From Thermoanaerobaculia bacterium (lineage in GTDB: Bacteria; Acidobacteriota; Thermoanaerobaculia; Multivoradales; Multivoraceae): a stretch of 64,000 nt of DNA. The stretch covers positions 3,008,001 through 3,072,000 of the forward strand of contig OY762911.1 in NCBI GenBank assembly GCA_963666565.1. Direction: 5' to 3'. The notes under the pieces were generated by a model. It was not told the DNA's origin and did no database searches. It saw nothing but the letters and a program-made list of their open reading frames with translations. Both the position numbers and the translations under genes were made by a program. This document shows positions 31,525-41,596 of this stretch, piece by piece; position 1 is the first letter of the stretch; every line of letters begins with the position of its first letter.

Positions 31525-32853
31525 TCAGCCGGCCGGCGACTTGTGGACCTGGCCGAGCCGCATGACGAAGCGGACGTCCTGAAGCCTCCTGACGTCCGCG
31601 ATCGGGTCGCCCTCGACCGCGATCAGGTCGGCCGCCTTGCCGGCCGCGATCGAGCCAGTCTCTTCCCAAATGTCGAGCAGCTTCGCGGTGACGACCGTGG
31701 CCGACTGGATCGCCGTCATCGGCGCCATGCCGCCTTCCACCATGTAGAGGAACTCCTGGGCGTTGCTGCCGTGGGGGCACACGCCGCAGTCGGTGCCGAA
31801 GGCGATCGGCACGCCCGCCCGATGGGCCTTGGCGAACGTGTCCTGGATCACCGGCCCGATGGCGGCCGCCTTGGGCCGGATGATCTCGGGGAAGTAGCCG
31901 GGGACCGCCGCCTTCTCGGCCACGAAGTTGCCTGCCGAGATGGTGGGCACGAAGTACGTCCCGTGCTCCTTCATCAGCTCGAAGGCCTCCTCGTCCATGT
32001 ACGTGCCGTGCTCGATCGTCGTGACGCCGGCCCGGATCGCCCGCTTCATGCCCTCCGCGCCGTGGGCGTGGGCGGCGACCATGAAACCGTAGTCCTTCGC
32101 CGTCTCGACGATGGCCCGGATCTCCTCCTCCGTGAACTGCGGGTTCTGGCCGCTCTTGGCCAGGCTCAGGACGCCGCCGGTGGCCGTGATCTTGATCAGG
32201 TCCGCGCCCTCCTTGTAGCGCTGCCGGACCGCCTTGCGGGCGTCCTCGATGCCGTTGACGATGCCCTGCCTGGGGCCGGGGTCGCCCTGCAGGTCCGGCC
32301 GCATGCCGTTCGTGCGGTCGCCGTGACCGCCGGTCGTGGCGAGCGAGGCGGTGGCGGCGAAGATCCGGGGTCCGGGCATGTCACCGCGGTTGATCGCGTT
32401 CCGCACCGCCAGGATCGCCGTCGTCTCGCCGCCGACGTCGCGGACGGTCGTGAAGCCGGCGAGCAGCGTCCGCTTCGCGTACATCAGCCCCTTGACCGTC
32501 ATGTCGGCCGGCGTCTCCTGGAAGCGCTCGAGGTAGGAGGCGGCGCCGGCCTGCTGCGAGGTCAGGTGGACATGCATGTCCATCAGGCCGGGCAGGACAG
32601 TGTGGTCGGACAGGTCGATCAAGGTGTCGCCGTCCTCCGGATCGGCGAGTCCCTCCGCGACGGCTGTGATCGTTTCGCCCTCGACGACGATCGTGTGCCT
32701 GCCGAGGACCTCGCCGGCTTCGACGTCGACCAGGGCGCCGGCGTGGATGACGGTGCGGCCGTCGGCGGCGAGGGGTGCGGTCGTCGCGAACAGGAGGAGC
32801 GCGGCCAGGGAAAGGAAGGCGGCTACGCGGGATAGGGCGAAACGGTTCGTCAT
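31525..32853 (-). CDS. Exported amidohydrolase (Xaa-Pro dipeptidase-like)
   Basis: Signal peptide, [42 protein letters not shown] upstream. Confidence 0.88.
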   Translation of the reverse strand: MTNRFALSRVAAFLSLAALLLFATTAPLAADGRTVIHAGALVDVEAGEVLGRHTIVVEGETITAVAEGLADPEDGDTLIDLSDHTVLPGLMDMHVHLTSQQAGAASYLERFQETPADMTVKGLMYAKRTLLAGFTTVRDVGGETTAILAVRNAINRGDMPGPRIFAATASLATTGGHGDRTNGMRPDLQGDPGPRQGIVNGIEDARKAVRQRYKEGADLIKITATGGVLSLAKSGQNPQFTEEEIRAIVETAKDYGFMVAAHAHGAEGMKRAIRAGVTTIEHGTYMDEEAFELMKEHGTYFVPTISAGNFVAEKAAVPGYFPEIIRPKAAAIGPVIQDTFAKAHRAGVPIAFGTDCGVCPHGSNAQEFLYMVEGGMAPMTAIQSATVVTAKLLDIWEETGSIAAGKAADLIAVEGDPIADVRRLQDVRFVMRLGQVHKSPAG

Positions 32854-32919
32854 CGTCGGGAACCTCCGTTGATCTGGAAGCGGGAAGGGGCCGCGACTGT
32901 AGCGCAGCAGGAGGGACAA

Positions 32920-33828
32920 CTATTGGCGCCCGGACGGGTCCGTACGCGTTGTACCGAACCGGCTGATCGACCAGGTCAGAACGAAGCCGGCGCCGGCGAA
33001 GGCCAGGGCCGATACGGCCTGCAGCGGTGCGGGGGAGGCCGGGTCTTCGAAGGGCCAGAGGCCGACGACGGCGCCCAGGAGGAGCCCCATCAGCACTCCC
33101 AGCGTCGCCTGGCGGAAACGTCGCAGGGCGAACCGCACGGCATTGCTGATGACCGTTGCGCCGGCGGCGATACCCACGAGCACCGGCAGCAGAACGACCG
33201 CCGCTTCGGCGATCGGTTGGACGTCCAGACCGCTGAGTCCTTCCAGTAGCTGTTCGACGGCGCCAAGGATCGGCTCGTACTGGCCGAGGGCCAGGAGCAG
33301 GTAGGCGCCGCTCACGCCGGGCAGAATCATGGCGGCAGCGCCCGCCGCGCCAGCGACCGCGAGCAGGAACGGTCCGCTGGCGGCGGATCCCGCCGCGGTG
33401 GGGCCACTTTGGAGCAGGGCGAGCCCCGCCATGGCGGCGAAACCGCCGGCCGCACCGCCCCGGAACGCAAGGACAGCCGGTTGAGCGAGACGCCAGACCA
33501 GCGGCAAGCCGCCCAGGGTCAGGCCGATGAAGGCGCTGTAGGCGATCCAGCGGTGCTGCACAACGAGGTCGCGCAGGACGCCCGCCAGGAGGAGGATCGC
33601 CAGACCGCTGGACGCGGCGACCACCGCCAGCAGGAGCAGCGGCCGAAGCCGCAGGCGCAGCCGGGTCGTGTCCGCCACGGCCTCGATGAAGCGCGGGTAG
33701 ATGCCGACCGCGAGCAGCATCGTGCCGCCGCTGATACCCGGCACCAGGTTGGCGAGCCCCATCAGGACGCCGCCCGCGACCGCGCGCGGCGCCCAGGAGA
33801 CGACGGACTTCCTCCGATTGCCGGCCAT
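32920..33828 (-). CDS. DUF368 membrane protein (putative undecaprenyl-phosphate translocase family)
   Basis: MGLANLVPGISGGT and AMILPGVSGA signature repeats, multiple TM segments, LWPF. Confidence 0.85.
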   Translation of the reverse strand: MAGNRRKSVVSWAPRAVAGGVLMGLANLVPGISGGTMLLAVGIYPRFIEAVADTTRLRLRLRPLLLLAVVAASSGLAILLLAGVLRDLVVQHRWIAYSAFIGLTLGGLPLVWRLAQPAVLAFRGGAAGGFAAMAGLALLQSGPTAAGSAASGPFLLAVAGAAGAAAMILPGVSGAYLLLALGQYEPILGAVEQLLEGLSGLDVQPIAEAAVVLLPVLVGIAAGATVISNAVRFALRRFRQATLGVLMGLLLGAVVGLWPFEDPASPAPLQAVSALAFAGAGFVLTWSISRFGTTRTDPSGRQ

Positions 33829-33873
33829 CCGGACGGAGTCTAAGGGCGCTTGGCGATCTGGCCCCCGGTCGGT

Positions 33874-33973
33874 CTGGGAGCTTGCGCCGCGGAACGCTAC
33901 GGGTAAGGTTCCGGGGCGCAAGCTCCCAGGCGAGGACGGGATGGGCCGAAACACCGAGCCTGCGAGGGTTTCG
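33874..33973. repeat. Structured repeat family 2, copy B
   Basis: 22-bp inverted repeat (33874-33895 and 33908-33929, one mismatch), followed by the hairpin ccgaaac...gagcctgcgag...gtttcgg. Confidence 0.65.
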
Positions 33974-33992
33974 GGGCGCTAGCGTTGCGGCC

Positions 33993-35360
33993 ATGACGGA
34001 CTACGACTACGACCTGTTCGTGATCGGCGCTGGCTCCGGTGGGGTGCGCGCCAGCCGGATGGCCGCCGGCTACGGCGCCCGGGTGGCGGTGGCCGAGGAG
34101 CGCTACCTTGGCGGTACCTGCGTCAACGTCGGCTGCGTGCCGAAGAAGCTGCTGGTCTGCGCCTCGGCCTTCGCCGACCACTACCGGGAGGCCTCGGGTT
34201 TCGGCTGGACGGCGGGGCAACCCGCTTTCGACTGGGGCCAGCTCATCGAGAACAAGAACCGGGAGATCGAGCGGCTCAACGGGATCTACCGCGGCCTGCT
34301 CGACTCAGCCGGCGTCGAGCTGTTCGAGGGCCGGGCGCGGCTGCTCGATCCGCACACCGTCGAAATCGATGCAGGTGGGGCGACCGAGAGCCGCGTTACG
34401 GCGGACCAGATCCTGATCGCCGTCGGCAGTTGGCCCGACATGCCGCCGATCCCGGGCATCGAGCACGCGATCAGCTCCAACGAGGCGTTCTACCTGGAGC
34501 GCCTGCCGGAGCGGGTGGCGGTCGTCGGCGGCGGCTACATCGGTGTCGAGTTCGCGGGCATCTTCGCCGGCCTCGGCAGTCGGGTGACCCTGATCTACCG
34601 CGGTCCGCTGTTCCTGCGCGGATTCGACGAGGAGATCCGCACCCACCTGGCCGAGGAGATGAGGTCGCGGGGGATCGACCTCCGGTTCGACTGCCAGGTC
34701 GACGGGATGGAGAAGCTGCCGGGAAGCGGGGACGATCGTCTACGACTCCACCTCGACGATGGCGGCACGGTCGACTGCGGCGAAGTGCTCTACGCCACCG
34801 GCCGCCGGCCCCTGGTCGCCGACCTGGGACTGGAGAACTGCGGCGTGGAGCTCGGCGAGCAGGGCGAGATCGTCGTCGACGAGTTTTCGCGTAGCAACGT
34901 GCCGAACATCTGGGCGATTGGCGACGTTACGGACCGCCTCAACCTGACTCCGGTCGCGATTCACGAGGCGATGTGCCTGAGTCGGACCCTGTTCGCCGGG
35001 GAGCCGACTCCCGTCGACCACGAAGCCGTCGCCACCGCCGTCTTCAGCCAGCCGCCTTTGGCCGCGGTCGGCCTGACCGAGGAGGAGGCAAGAGCCGGCT
35101 ACGGCGACGTCGACGTGTACAGGAGCCGCTTCCGGCCGCTCAAGCTGACCTTGACCGACAACCGGGAGCGCACTCTGGTCAAGCTGATCGTCGATCGCTC
35201 CGGCGGGCGTGTTCTCGGGGCGCACATGCTGGGCGCCGACGCGCCGGAGATCGTCCAGGGCCTCGCGGTGGCGGTCAAGATGGGCGCGACGAAGGACGAC
35301 TTCGACGCCGCCATGGCGATCCACCCGACCTCGGCCGAGGAGTTCGTCACGCTCCGCTGA
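33993..35360 (+). CDS. gor: Glutathione-disulfide reductase
   Basis: IGAGSGG, GGTCVNVGCVPKK, GGGYIG, LTPVAI, HPTSAEEFVT. Confidence 0.93.
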   Translation: MTDYDYDLFVIGAGSGGVRASRMAAGYGARVAVAEERYLGGTCVNVGCVPKKLLVCASAFADHYREASGFGWTAGQPAFDWGQLIENKNREIERLNGIYRGLLDSAGVELFEGRARLLDPHTVEIDAGGATESRVTADQILIAVGSWPDMPPIPGIEHAISSNEAFYLERLPERVAVVGGGYIGVEFAGIFAGLGSRVTLIYRGPLFLRGFDEEIRTHLAEEMRSRGIDLRFDCQVDGMEKLPGSGDDRLRLHLDDGGTVDCGEVLYATGRRPLVADLGLENCGVELGEQGEIVVDEFSRSNVPNIWAIGDVTDRLNLTPVAIHEAMCLSRTLFAGEPTPVDHEAVATAVFSQPPLAAVGLTEEEARAGYGDVDVYRSRFRPLKLTLTDNRERTLVKLIVDRSGGRVLGAHMLGADAPEIVQGLAVAVKMGATKDDFDAAMAIHPTSAEEFVTLR

Positions 35361-35372
35361 CCTGGCGGCAAA

Positions 35373-35446
35373 CTGGGTGCGCGGGTCTTCCGACCCGCTG
35401 CCGCCGAAGGCGGCCCGGACAACGCGCCGGCCGTCAGGCCGGCGCC
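35373..35446. repeat. REP-like family 1, extended copy between convergent gor and gshB
   Basis: ctgggtgcgcgggtcttccgacccgctgccgccgaaggcggc...gcgccggccgtcaggccggcgc. Confidence 0.88.
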
Positions 35447-35461
35447 GCCTTGGTCCGAAGG

Positions 35462-36415
35462 TCAGGCTGCTCGGCGTCTGCGTTCCACCGCGTCGAGCAC
35501 GTCGACTTCCAGGCGCGGTCCGCCCAGATCGGCAATCTCGCGCAGGCCGGTGGGGCTGGTGACGTTGACCTCGGTCAGCCAGCCGCCGATCACGTCGATG
35601 CCGGCGAAGACGATCCCGAGCCGCACGAGGTCGGGGCCGATCGCGTCGGCGATCTCGCGGTCGCGGTCGTCCACCTCCGTGGCCGCCGGCTGGCCGCCGA
35701 CATGGAAGTTCGCCCGCGATTCGCCCTCGGCGGGTACCCGGAGCACCGCGCCGAGCGCCTGGCCCTCAACGAGGATCACCCGCTTGTCCCCCTGCCGGAT
35801 CTCCGGCAGGTAGCGCTGGGCCATGATGTAGCGGCTCCCGTGCGCGGTGGCCGCCTCCAGGATGGCACTGGTGTTCCGGTCGCCGGCCTTGACGTGGAAG
35901 ATGCCCTCGCCGCCGGCGCCGTCGAGCGGCTTGACGATCATCTCGCCGCCCATCTCCTCCTGGAAGGCGAGCAGGTCCGCGATGCGTCGGCTGACCCGGG
36001 CCGGCGGGCAGACCTCCGGGAAGCGAAGCGCGAACAGCTTCTCGTTCGCGTCGCGGAGCGACAGCGGTTCGTTCACGACGAGCGTGCTCTTCGCCACCAT
36101 GGACAGGAGATGCGTGGCGTAGAAGAACGCCATGTCGAACGGCGGGTCCTTGCGCATCCAGACGACATCGAACTCGTCCAGGAAGGCGGGATGGCCAGCG
36201 TCGAGTTCGTACCAGGCGCCGCCGTTCTCCGGGTCGACGGTACGGGTAGGAATCGCCTCCGCCCGCGGCCGGCCTTGCGGCCCCAGGCCCAGCGTGTCGA
36301 TCGTGCAGACGGCCAGCTCGTGCCCGCGGCGGTCCGCCTCGCGCAGGAACGCGATCGTCGTGTCCTTCTCGGGGTCGAGACGCTCGATCGGATCGATGAC
36401 GAAGAGGTGGCGCAT
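35462..36415 (-). CDS. gshB: Glutathione synthetase
   Basis: KDTT, MRKDPPFD, NEKL, KPLDGAGG, GDKR, RANFHVGG, EVNVTSPTG. Confidence 0.95.
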   Translation of the reverse strand: MRHLFVIDPIERLDPEKDTTIAFLREADRRGHELAVCTIDTLGLGPQGRPRAEAIPTRTVDPENGGAWYELDAGHPAFLDEFDVVWMRKDPPFDMAFFYATHLLSMVAKSTLVVNEPLSLRDANEKLFALRFPEVCPPARVSRRIADLLAFQEEMGGEMIVKPLDGAGGEGIFHVKAGDRNTSAILEAATAHGSRYIMAQRYLPEIRQGDKRVILVEGQALGAVLRVPAEGESRANFHVGGQPAATEVDDRDREIADAIGPDLVRLGIVFAGIDVIGGWLTEVNVTSPTGLREIADLGGPRLEVDVLDAVERRRRAA

Positions 36416-36483
36416 GGGGCGGCGGGACGGTTCGAGCGGCGGCGCAAGCTATCACGCGCCATTCGGCGTTGCGGGTCTCGCCG

Positions 36484-36590
36484 CTGGGTGCGCGGGTCTT
36501 CCGACCCGCTGCCGCCGAAGGCGGCCGGAGAGGAGGGCTGGCCAGAGGCCGGCTCCGCCCGTGAGCGGGTCGGAAGACCCGCGCACCCAG
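36484..36590. repeat. REP-like family 1, inverted pair (36484-36509 and 36565-36590)
   Basis: Perfect 26-bp inverted cores between divergent gshB and chaC. Confidence 0.9.
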
Positions 36591-36645
36591 TGGACGGGCC
36601 GTTCCATGCGCGCCAACGCAGCGAACGCTCCTAGAATGCGGCGCG

Positions 36646-37266
36646 ATGCACCACGAGGCGCGACCCGTCTGGCTCTTCGGCTACGGCTCGCTGATCTTCC
36701 GGCCGGCGATCCCCTTCGTGGAACGCCGGCCCGCCCGCGTCCGGGGCTGGGCCCGGCGATTCTGGCAGTGGTCGACGGACCATCGCGGCGAACCGTGGCG
36801 CCCCGGCCGGGTCGTGACGCTTGCGCCGGTGCCGGACGGGGCTTGCTGGGGCATGGCGTACCTGCTCCCTGAAGCGGACGCCGAGGCCATCCTTGCCGAT
36901 CTCGACGTGCGGGAGCGCGGCGGCTACGTGCGCATCGAGATCGAACTCGAACTGGAACCGCCCGCCGAGGGAGCATCGGGCCCCGCAGCGTCGGTGCCGC
37001 AAGTCGTCGCCGGCCTCACCTACCAAGGCTGGCCCGGCAACCGGAACTACGCCGGCCCGGCTTCGATCACCGAGATCGCGTCACAGGTCGCGGAAGCAAC
37101 AGGTCCGAGCGGCGCCAACGCCGACTACGTGCGCGACCTGCACGCCGCACTCGAAACCCTCGGCGCCGAGGACACCCACGTCGCGGCCCTGGCCGCCAGG
37201 CTCCGGGACCCGTCCCCCGTGCTCGGTTCGGGCGGGTGCTGTGCTACGGCGCCATCGCGCCGGTGA
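36646..37266 (+). CDS. chaC: ChaC-like glutathione-specific gamma-glutamylcyclotransferase
   Basis: WLFGYGSL, RFWQWSTDHRG, PGRVVTL, LDVRE, GPSGANADY. Confidence 0.88.
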   Translation: MHHEARPVWLFGYGSLIFRPAIPFVERRPARVRGWARRFWQWSTDHRGEPWRPGRVVTLAPVPDGACWGMAYLLPEADAEAILADLDVRERGGYVRIEIELELEPPAEGASGPAASVPQVVAGLTYQGWPGNRNYAGPASITEIASQVAEATGPSGANADYVRDLHAALETLGAEDTHVAALAARLRDPSPVLGSGGCCATAPSRR

Positions 37267-38878
37267 CGCCGACGTCTCGGCCCTGCGGGTCGATCAGTAC
37301 GCCCGGGTTCATCAGGCCGTCCGGGTCGACCGCCGCCTTGGCGCCGGCGAGGGCGCGGGCGAACACGTCGGGGCGCTGGCGGTCGTAGCCGGCCGGTCGG
37401 TGGTCGCGGCCGACGGCGTGGTGGTGGGTCACCGTGCCGCCCTCGTCGACGACCGCTTCGTTGGCCGCCAGCTTGATCTCGCGCCACTGGTCGCCGAGGC
37501 GATCCCAGTCGCCCAGGGCGGAGAAGGTGAAGTACGGCGCCGGTCCGTCCGGGTAGACGTGCGTGAACCGGCAGGTGACCCGGCCGGCCCTGCCGGTCGC
37601 CTGCTCGAGGATCTCGGCGGTCCGGGCCATGATCCGGGCGTGAAAGTCGGCGAAGCGGTCCCAGGTGATCGCGGTTTCGAACGTGTCGCCGATCAGGCCG
37701 AGCGGCACGCCGACCTCGCGGAAGTAGGGTCCCTTGATGAAGGCGTCGCGCCAGGCCCCGGCGGCGCCTTCCCGGTGGGACCGTCCGGCCGAGGCGCTGT
37801 GGTCGCCGCCGCAGTCCGCGGTGAGCTCGAGCGCCCGCTTCATCCATGCGTCGACCGGGTGATCGGCGGACTCGAAGCCGAGGACGAGCAGTGACGTCGA
37901 CCCGTCGCCGGCGCCCGCGCCGGCGGTCTCCTGGGCGTCGATCAGGCGGCAGTTCGAGGGGTAGAGGCCGCTCTGGGCCAGCATCCGCACGGCCTCGGCC
38001 GCGCTCGCGTAGTCGGCGAAGTGGACCGCGGCCGAGCCGCGATGCGTCGGCCGGTCCTGGAGCCGCATCCAGGCCTCCGTGATCACGCCGAGGATCCCCT
38101 CCGAGCCGATGACCATCCGGTCGGGCGACGGTCCGGCGCCGGAGCCGGGGAGCCGCCGCGTCTCCATGACGCCTTGAGGCGTCACGGTCGTCGTCGCCTC
38201 GACGAAGTCGTCGATGTGCGTGTAGAGGCTGGCGAAGTGACCGCCCGAGCGGGTCGCGATCCAGCCGCCGAGCGTGGAGTGTTCGAAGCTCTGCGGGAAG
38301 TGGCGGAGCGTCAGCCCGTGCTCCCGGAGCTGGGCCTCGATGCGAGGCCCGCGGGCACCGCCCTGGATGCGCGCGGCACGGCTCGCGCGATCGACCTCCA
38401 GCACCCTGTCGAGCTTGAGCAGGTCGATCGTCACCGCGCCGGCGTAGCTGTCGCCGACCGCCGGTTCGACGCCGCCGACCACACTCGAACCGCCGCCGAA
38501 GGGAATCGCCGCGGCGCCAGCGTCGCCCGCCCAGTCGAGGATGCGGACGACGTCGTCCGTCGTTTCCGGGTAGGCCACGAGATCGGGCGGTTCGGGAACC
38601 TCGCGCTTGAACATCCGCACCGCGTCCGGGAAGGACTTGCCGTAGGCGTGGAGGAGGCGTTCGTACGGGTCGTCGCGGAACAGCGCCGCCAGCGAGGCGG
38701 GCGGCCGCAGGCGGGGCGCCCGGAGGTCGAAGTCGCCGGCCTGGGGCACGGTCGCGCGGGGTTTCAGCGAGAGGCCGAACCGTTCCTCGGTCTGGCGCCG
38801 GAAAGCCTCGGCCTCGGCGGCGGTGAGCCCCTGGCCCTCGTACCCCCAACCGCAGAGCTTGCGTTTCGCCTCCGTCAT
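37244..38878 (-). CDS. FAD-binding oxidoreductase (alkyl-DHAP synthase-like, VAO family)
   Basis: GGGSSVVGG, HFPQSFEHSTLGGWIATRSGGH, GSEGILG, THVYPDG, HHHAVGRDH. SD AAGGAGG upstream. Confidence 0.85.
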   Translation of the reverse strand: MTEAKRKLCGWGYEGQGLTAAEAEAFRRQTEERFGLSLKPRATVPQAGDFDLRAPRLRPPASLAALFRDDPYERLLHAYGKSFPDAVRMFKREVPEPPDLVAYPETTDDVVRILDWAGDAGAAAIPFGGGSSVVGGVEPAVGDSYAGAVTIDLLKLDRVLEVDRASRAARIQGGARGPRIEAQLREHGLTLRHFPQSFEHSTLGGWIATRSGGHFASLYTHIDDFVEATTTVTPQGVMETRRLPGSGAGPSPDRMVIGSEGILGVITEAWMRLQDRPTHRGSAAVHFADYASAAEAVRMLAQSGLYPSNCRLIDAQETAGAGAGDGSTSLLVLGFESADHPVDAWMKRALELTADCGGDHSASAGRSHREGAAGAWRDAFIKGPYFREVGVPLGLIGDTFETAITWDRFADFHARIMARTAEILEQATGRAGRVTCRFTHVYPDGPAPYFTFSALGDWDRLGDQWREIKLAANEAVVDEGGTVTHHHAVGRDHRPAGYDRQRPDVFARALAGAKAAVDPDGLMNPGVLIDPQGRDVGVTGAMAP

Positions 38879-38929
38879 CAGAACCTCCTTGGCGCCGCAC
38901 GATAGCGGAGCATCTACAATCCCCGTCCA

Positions 38930-40483
38930 ATGTCCTGGCAGTCCGAGGTCGACGAGATCGAACGCCGCCGGCGCCTGGCGCTGGCGATGGGTGGCGAGGA
39001 GGCAGTGGCGCGCCAGCACGAGCGCGGGCGTCTCACCGTGCGCGAGCGGATCGAGCGGATCGCCGATCCGGGGTCCTTCATCGAGGAGGGCCGCCAGGCC
39101 GGGGCCGCCGAGGTCGACGAGGACGGTCGCGTCGTCGCGTTCACGCCGGCGAACTACGTCGTCGGCTTTGCCGATGTCGGCGGCGGCCGGGTGATTGTGG
39201 CCGGCGAGGACTTCACCCAGGCCGGCGGCTCGCCGTCGCCGGCCGGGCTGCGCAAGAGCGTCTACTCGGAGGAGCTCGCTCTCAAGTACCGGCTGCCGCT
39301 CGTGCGCTTCCTCGAAGGGGGCGGCGGCAGCGTTCGCGGCAGCGCGGGACGCCAGAAGGGGGCGCCGAAGACGCCGCCCCGCCCGATGGGCGAGCCGGTG
39401 TACTCGCGTGCCCGCTTCTGGTCGATCGCCGAGATTCTGCGGACCGTGCCGGTGGCCTCGATCGGGGTCGGCGCGGTGGCGGGGTTTCCCGCGGCGCGCC
39501 TGGTGGCGTCGCACTTCTCCGTCATGACGCGGCACACGGCGCAGATCCTGATCGGCGGACCGGCGCTGGTCGAGCGGGCGCTGGGCGAGAAGAAGACGAA
39601 GGACGAACTCGGCGGCTGGCAGGTCCATTCCCGCAGCGGCGTCGTCGACAACGTGGCCGAGGACGAGGACGACGCGATGGAGCAGGTGCGCCGCTTCCTG
39701 AGCTACCTGCCCTCGAACGTGGACTCGCTGCCGCCCCGGCGCAAGGCGGGCGATCCGGCGAACCGGCGCGAGAAACGGCTGCTAGAGATCGTGCCGCGGG
39801 ACCGGCGGTTTCTGTACGACATGCGCGAGGCGATCTCGCTGGTCGTCGACCGGGACAGCTTCTTCGAGATGACTCCGGGCTACGGGCCGTCCCAGATCAC
39901 GGGTCTGGCGCGGGTCGACGGGCATTCCGTCGGCGTGGTGGCCAACGACTGCAGGCACATCGGCGGCGCGATGGACGCCGCCGGGGCGCAGAAGTTCCGG
40001 CGCTTCATCGAGTTCTGCGAGACCTTCCACCTGCCGATCCTCAGCCTGGTGGACGAGCCCGGCTTCATGATCGGCTCGGAGTCGGAGGCGTCCGGGACGA
40101 TTCGTTACGGCATGGAGGCGATCGCGGCGACCGTCCGTTCCACCGTGCCCTGGTGCGCGGTGCAGATCCGCAAGTCGTACGGCGTCGCCGCGGCGGCCCA
40201 CTACGGCCCCGGCGGCCGGGTGCTGATCTGGCCCTCGGCCGAGAGCGGGGCTTTGCCGATCGAGGGCGGCGTCGCGGTCGCCTTCCGGCGCGAGATCGCC
40301 GCGGCGCCGGACCCGGACAAGAAACGGGCCGAACTGGAGGCCCGGTTCGCCAAGCGCCGCACTCCCTTCCCGCGGGCCGAGGGGTTCTCGGTCCATGATC
40401 TGATCGACCCGCGGAGCACGCGCGCCGAGGTCGTCAAGTGGCTGAACCTGTCCGAGCCGCTGCTCGCGTCGCGGGTGCGGTAG
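38930..40483 (+). CDS. Acyl-CoA carboxylase beta (carboxyltransferase) subunit
   Basis: GRLTVRERI, DFTQAGGS, GGPALV, ELGG, VDEPGF, RKSYG, DLIDPRSTR. Confidence 0.88.
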   Translation: MSWQSEVDEIERRRRLALAMGGEEAVARQHERGRLTVRERIERIADPGSFIEEGRQAGAAEVDEDGRVVAFTPANYVVGFADVGGGRVIVAGEDFTQAGGSPSPAGLRKSVYSEELALKYRLPLVRFLEGGGGSVRGSAGRQKGAPKTPPRPMGEPVYSRARFWSIAEILRTVPVASIGVGAVAGFPAARLVASHFSVMTRHTAQILIGGPALVERALGEKKTKDELGGWQVHSRSGVVDNVAEDEDDAMEQVRRFLSYLPSNVDSLPPRRKAGDPANRREKRLLEIVPRDRRFLYDMREAISLVVDRDSFFEMTPGYGPSQITGLARVDGHSVGVVANDCRHIGGAMDAAGAQKFRRFIEFCETFHLPILSLVDEPGFMIGSESEASGTIRYGMEAIAATVRSTVPWCAVQIRKSYGVAAAAHYGPGGRVLIWPSAESGALPIEGGVAVAFRREIAAAPDPDKKRAELEARFAKRRTPFPRAEGFSVHDLIDPRSTRAEVVKWLNLSEPLLASRVR

Positions 40484-40504
40484 GAGAAACCCAAGGAGAC
40501 GAAC

Positions 40505-41323
40505 ATGCCTGTGAACCGAGCGACGAAGATCGCGGCCATCGCCGGAACGTGCCTGCTGCTCGCCGCGGCTGCCGCCGCTCAGCAGCAGCCCATCGGCTAC
40601 GAGGACACGCCGAAGCTGCCCAGCCTGCCGTGGAAGGTACACGACCCGAACCGGCCCGTGCCGCCGGTCGTCGCCTCCGGCGCCTCGTTCAGCGACATGG
40701 CCCCGGCGCCGGCCGACGCCGTCGTCCTGTTCGACGGCACGGACCTCTCGAAGTGGCAGAAGCCGAACGGCGACGAACCCGAGTGGAAGGTCGAGAACGG
40801 CTACATGGAGGTCACGTCGACCGGCTCCATCCGCACGCGCGACGAGTTCGGCGACTTCCAGCTCCACCTGGAGTTCGCGACCCCGGCCAAGGTAGAGAGC
40901 AACAGCCAGGGCCGCGGCAACAGCGGCGTGATGATCTACGGCGACTACGAGATCCAGATCCTCGACTCGTACGAGAACCGGACCTACGCCGACGGCCAGG
41001 CGGGGGCGATCTACGGCCAGACGCCGCCCATGGTCAACTCGTCCCGGCCCCCCGGTGAATGGCAGACGTACGACATCGTCTTCGAGGCGCCGCGCTGGCA
41101 GGACGGCGAACTGACGAAGAAGGCGAACGTCACCGTGCTCCACAACGGCGTCGTCATCCATCACAAGAAGGAGTACATCGGCCGGACGATCCACCGCCGG
41201 GTCGGCGTCTACGACCGCCCGCACGAGCCGCGCGGCTGGATCGGCCTCCAGGACCACCGCAACCCGACGAGGTTTCGTAACATCTGGGTACGGGAACTGC
41301 CGGGCTACAGCGGCGGCGGCTGA
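40505..41323 (+). CDS. DUF1080 (3-keto-disaccharide hydrolase family) exported protein
   Basis: Signal peptide, LFDGTDL, FGDFQLHLEF, GNSGV, YEIQILDS, WQTYDI, LQDH, FRNIW. Confidence 0.9.
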   Translation: MPVNRATKIAAIAGTCLLLAAAAAAQQQPIGYEDTPKLPSLPWKVHDPNRPVPPVVASGASFSDMAPAPADAVVLFDGTDLSKWQKPNGDEPEWKVENGYMEVTSTGSIRTRDEFGDFQLHLEFATPAKVESNSQGRGNSGVMIYGDYEIQILDSYENRTYADGQAGAIYGQTPPMVNSSRPPGEWQTYDIVFEAPRWQDGELTKKANVTVLHNGVVIHHKKEYIGRTIHRRVGVYDRPHEPRGWIGLQDHRNPTRFRNIWVRELPGYSGGG

Positions 41324-41335
41324 GAGGGAGGATCG

Positions 41336-41596
41336 ATGAGCGACGAGCAGCAGAAGGAAGTGGAGCGGAACTACGCGGCCTTCAAGACCTTGCTCCCGGA
41401 ACTTCTGAAGAGCGACGCCAAGCGGTTTGCGCTGATGCGCGGAGGCAAGGTGGTCACCTGCTTCGATACGAGTCGCGACGCGATCGAGGCGGGCCGTCAG
41501 TTGTTTCCGGATCGGCCGTTCTCCATTCAGGAGATCACCGACCGAAGGGTCGATCTCGGGTACTTCTCGCGTGTCCGCGTACTCGGGCAGGTTTGA
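41336..41596 (+). CDS. Small hypothetical protein (DUF5678-like)
   Basis: SD GGAGG. NYAAFKTLLPELL...FALMRGGKVV...DAIEAG...FSIQEI. Lies directly upstream of an aspartyl protease. Confidence 0.65.
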   Translation: MSDEQQKEVERNYAAFKTLLPELLKSDAKRFALMRGGKVVTCFDTSRDAIEAGRQLFPDRPFSIQEITDRRVDLGYFSRVRVLGQV

